From Candidatus Eiseniibacteriota bacterium (lineage in GTDB: Bacteria > JAFGKV01), in NCBI GenBank assembly GCA_025453925.1, contig JALOPK010000001.1:1-38804 (forward strand): a stretch of 38,804 nucleotides of DNA, written 5' to 3'. The notes below the pieces were generated by a model. That model was not told the origin of the DNA. It searched no databases and was given only the letters and a program-made list of their open reading frames with translations. The position numbers and the translations under genes are program-made. Numbering within the stretch: position 1 is the stretch's first letter; every line of letters starts with the position of its first letter. Shown here piece after piece: positions 36,493 through 38,804 of this stretch.

Positions 36493-37515
36493 ATGCCGCA
36501 GCCCGTGTCTTCCCCTCCGTCAGTGTTGATGGCTGCCACGGCGCCGACCGCGGCGCCGATCTTGATCACCGGGACAGCCGGGTTCATCGGGTTCCACCTC
36601 GCCACAAGGCTGCTCGACCAGGGTCATGAGATCGTCGGGTATGACAACTTCAATGATTACTACTCGGCAAAGCTCAAGCACGACCGCCACGCAATTCTCG
36701 AGACGCATCCTCGATACACGGGGATCCGGGCCGATCTCTGCGATGTCGGAGCCCTGAACGATGTGTTCGACCGGTATCGTTTTCAGGTGGTGTGCCACCT
36801 GGCGGCACAGGCGGGGGTTCGCTATTCGCTCACCCACCCCGAGGTGTATCTGAAGTCCAACCTGGAGGGGTTCCTCAATATCCTGGAAGCGTGCAGGCAC
36901 AAAGGCGTCCAGCGGCTCGTCTACGCATCGAGCTCCAGCGTCTACGGCGGGAACACGAAACTCCCGTTCAGCGAGACCGATCCGGTGGACACCCCGATCA
37001 GTCTCTACGCGGCCACGAAGAAGGCCAATGAGCTCATGGCGCATACCTACAGCCACCTCTACGGCCTTCAGACGATCGGGCTCCGTTTCTTCACGGTATA
37101 CGGGCCTTGGGGCCGGCCGGACATGGCGATGTGGTTGTTCACCGACGCCCTTCTGGCGGGCCGTCCCATCCAGGTGTTCAATCACGGCAGGATGCGCCGG
37201 GACTTCACCTATGTCGCCGATATCATCGCCGGCACCACCGCGGCGCTGTTCGCGCAGGGGCTGGACCGCTGCGAGGTGTTCAACCTGGGCAACCATCGCT
37301 CCGAGCATCTGCTGGACATGATCCGCGTTCTCGGTGCCACCCTCGGGGTCGAGCCGGCCATGGATCTTCTCCCGATGCAGCCGGGCGACGTGGAGGCGAC
37401 GTTCGCGGACATTGATCGCGCCCGCGCGAAGCTGGGGTTCGAGCCGTCCACGCCCATCGCCGAAGGCATCCCGCGATTCATCGCATGGTACAAGAACTAC
37501 CACGCGGGGCGCTAG
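36493..37515 (+). CDS. UDP-glucuronate 4-epimerase (NAD-dependent epimerase/dehydratase, SDR)
   Basis: GAGG lies 5 nt upstream of ATG 36493. Supporting blocks are ILITGTAGFIGFHL, HLAAQAGVRYS, YASSSSVYG, SLYAATKKANELMAHTYSHLYG and LRFFTVYGPWGRPDMA. These are near-diagnostic of the Cap1J/LpsL-type epimerases. Confidence 0.9.
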   Translation: MPQPVSSPPSVLMAATAPTAAPILITGTAGFIGFHLATRLLDQGHEIVGYDNFNDYYSAKLKHDRHAILETHPRYTGIRADLCDVGALNDVFDRYRFQVVCHLAAQAGVRYSLTHPEVYLKSNLEGFLNILEACRHKGVQRLVYASSSSVYGGNTKLPFSETDPVDTPISLYAATKKANELMAHTYSHLYGLQTIGLRFFTVYGPWGRPDMAMWLFTDALLAGRPIQVFNHGRMRRDFTYVADIIAGTTAALFAQGLDRCEVFNLGNHRSEHLLDMIRVLGATLGVEPAMDLLPMQPGDVEATFADIDRARAKLGFEPSTPIAEGIPRFIAWYKNYHAGR

Positions 37516-37633
37516 GCTTCCTGCCCCGGGTCCGGTCGGCCCGCACGGGGCTGCCTCCGTCCTGCATCCAGGGAGCAACACCCCGCAGACAACGCCGATG
37601 CCAAGTGACCGGCGTTGACCGGGTCTCAGGAGC

Positions 37634-37652
37634 CTCCGCCGGCCCGGCGGAG
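37634..37652 (+). terminator. GC-rich hairpin downstream of the epimerase gene (candidate terminator)
   Basis: CTCCGCCG-gcc-CGGCGGAG is an 8-bp stem about 120 nt after the stop at 37515. There is no U-tract. Confidence 0.25.
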
Positions 37653-37717
37653 CGCTATCGTGGAGGCCGCACACCCCATCGATATCCCCGGAAGGCAGGC
37701 ATCCGACCTTGGTTATA

Positions 37718-37737
37718 CTATTCTAATATTAGAATAG
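37718..37737. promoter_or_regulatory. Perfect 20-nt AT-rich palindrome CTATTCTAATATTAGAATAG (candidate operator or promoter element)
   Basis: The sequence equals its own reverse complement. It sits in the only strongly AT-rich patch of the window, about 170 nt upstream of the 37907 start, and overlaps TATACT and TAATAT hexamers. Confidence 0.35.
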
Positions 37738-37906
37738 CGACCCCAAGCCCCGCCCTGACAGCGGTGATGCCGTGAGGCTGCTGTGACGCCTTCCGTCACC
37801 TCCACCGACTCTGTTGACCGTTCTTTTCTGGGAATGCTGAGCGTCCCCGTCGAACAGGCTGTTGGTCGTGGGAGCCATTGACCGCGGCCACCCGACGGCA
37901 TGGGCA

Positions 37907-38804
37907 ATGAGGACACCGCAGGGGAGTGACGAGTCGCCCAGACGCGAGTTACCGCCACGAGCATACTTGACGATGCTCCTCGCGACGCTTGTGGGCCTGG
38001 TGGTGGCTTACGCGGCCGTGGCAGTGATCATCGATCCGCGCGGGATCTTCTCGACGGGCGTCTTCCCGGTGGTGGTGTGGGATTCACGTCAGGAGAAGAT
38101 GCGGCTTTTCTCGAAGTTCAATGAAGCCAGCCCAGTCGAATGCATTGTTCTGGGGTCCAGCCGGGCCATGAAGGTATCTCCGCAACAGGTGGAGCGCGAG
38201 ACGGGTCTGCGAACCTTCAACTTCTGCGTGGACAGTGCGCGTTCCGAGGACTACCTCGCGATCTACCGCTGGGTCTCCAGCCGATCACCGCGCCTCAAGA
38301 CTATGCTCATCGGCCTTGATGTCGAGGCCTTGCACTGCGATGACGAATTCGACCGAAGACTGACGTCAAATGCACAGTTGATGAGCGGATTGGACGACAC
38401 GGCCGAGCCTGGCCCCTCCACCCGCTCCTGCCCCGCCCTCAGTCTGGTTTCGACGGTCATGAGTGTTCCATACGCGCGCGACATGGCTTCATCACTTCGA
38501 GTGCTGCTTTCGAGTAGCAGACCGCGAAACCAGCTTGAGGACGACGGATACTTGCACTACACCGAATGGGAGCAGGCACGGCAACGGGGATCCCTTGATC
38601 TCGCCGAGAACATCAAGGCGAGTTACGAGGAATACCGCCGCCGTTTCGGTGGCATGTCGGCGCTTTCGCCCCAAAGGGAGAGGATGCTACGGCAGCTGCT
38701 CCATGCGGCGAGGAAGGACGGCCTGGAGGTCGCTGTCTGGATCACGCCTATCCACCCGGCCGTGGCAACCTACATCTCCGCGGGGACGCACTACACCCAA
38801 GTTC
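37907..38804 (+). CDS. 3'-truncated gene: N-terminally anchored protein of unknown function (weak DltD/SGNH-like GSS block)
   Basis: This gene is not in the ORF track because it runs off the window. The frame is open from 37841, with candidate starts at ATG 37907 (MRTPQGSDESPRRELPPRAYLT) or ATG 37973 (MLLATLVGLVVAYAAVAVII, a TM helix). It then reads ECIVLGSSRAMK...LIGLDVE...VWITPIHPA. Its codon usage is visibly less GC3-biased than the rest of the window. Confidence 0.55.
   Translation, partial: MRTPQGSDESPRRELPPRAYLTMLLATLVGLVVAYAAVAVIIDPRGIFSTGVFPVVVWDSRQEKMRLFSKFNEASPVECIVLGSSRAMKVSPQQVERETGLRTFNFCVDSARSEDYLAIYRWVSSRSPRLKTMLIGLDVEALHCDDEFDRRLTSNAQLMSGLDDTAEPGPSTRSCPALSLVSTVMSVPYARDMASSLRVLLSSSRPRNQLEDDGYLHYTEWEQARQRGSLDLAENIKASYEEYRRRFGGMSALSPQRERMLRQLLHAARKDGLEVAVWITPIHPAVATYISAGTHYTQV

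Noticed and set aside
1-38804. CRISPR arrays, tRNA/rRNA genes, transposases, integrases, or prophage or defence-island signatures.
   Set aside because: I saw no regularly spaced direct repeats, no tRNA-like cloverleaf candidates and no recombinase or transposase motifs in any frame. This was an eyeball scan, so short or degenerate elements could have been missed.

Overview
This is a GC-rich bacterial segment. Lipoboxes, a predicted beta-barrel and AGGAGG-type ribosome-binding sites suggest a diderm organism. All family calls below come from reading motifs in the translations; no database search was run.

The window is dominated by a cell-envelope glycan locus:
- **Left end (260-5232, + strand):** two tandem paralogous sulfatase-fold lipoproteins. 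Both lack the formylglycine motif.
- **Main operon (26577 down to 5424, - strand):** 13 co-directional, often overlapping genes. In order: lipoprotein, putative outer-membrane barrel, two alkaline-phosphatase/NPP-type paralogues (one with degenerate metal ligands), GT2, Wzx-like flippase, GT2, a chimeric membrane-module + DUF1972/GT4 protein, a Wzy_C + TPR protein, GT4, GT2 with C-terminal TM helices, GT4, and a second Wzy_C + TPR protein.
- **Sugar-nucleotide genes:** DegT-type aminotransferase, a long UDP-sugar dehydrogenase and a UDP-glucuronate 4-epimerase.
- **Other genes:** a membrane-anchored protein with about 9 ankyrin repeats, and a compact operon of PF14907-like nucleotidyltransferase, anchorless Ser/His S26B-type peptidase and ABC exporter that looks like a peptide maturation/export cassette.
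- **Right end:** an AT-rich perfect 20-nt palindrome, then a lower-GC 3'-truncated gene.

I saw no rRNA, tRNA, CRISPR array, transposase or integrase. I saw no canonical initiating phosphoglycosyltransferase, Wzc/Wzz or Wza.
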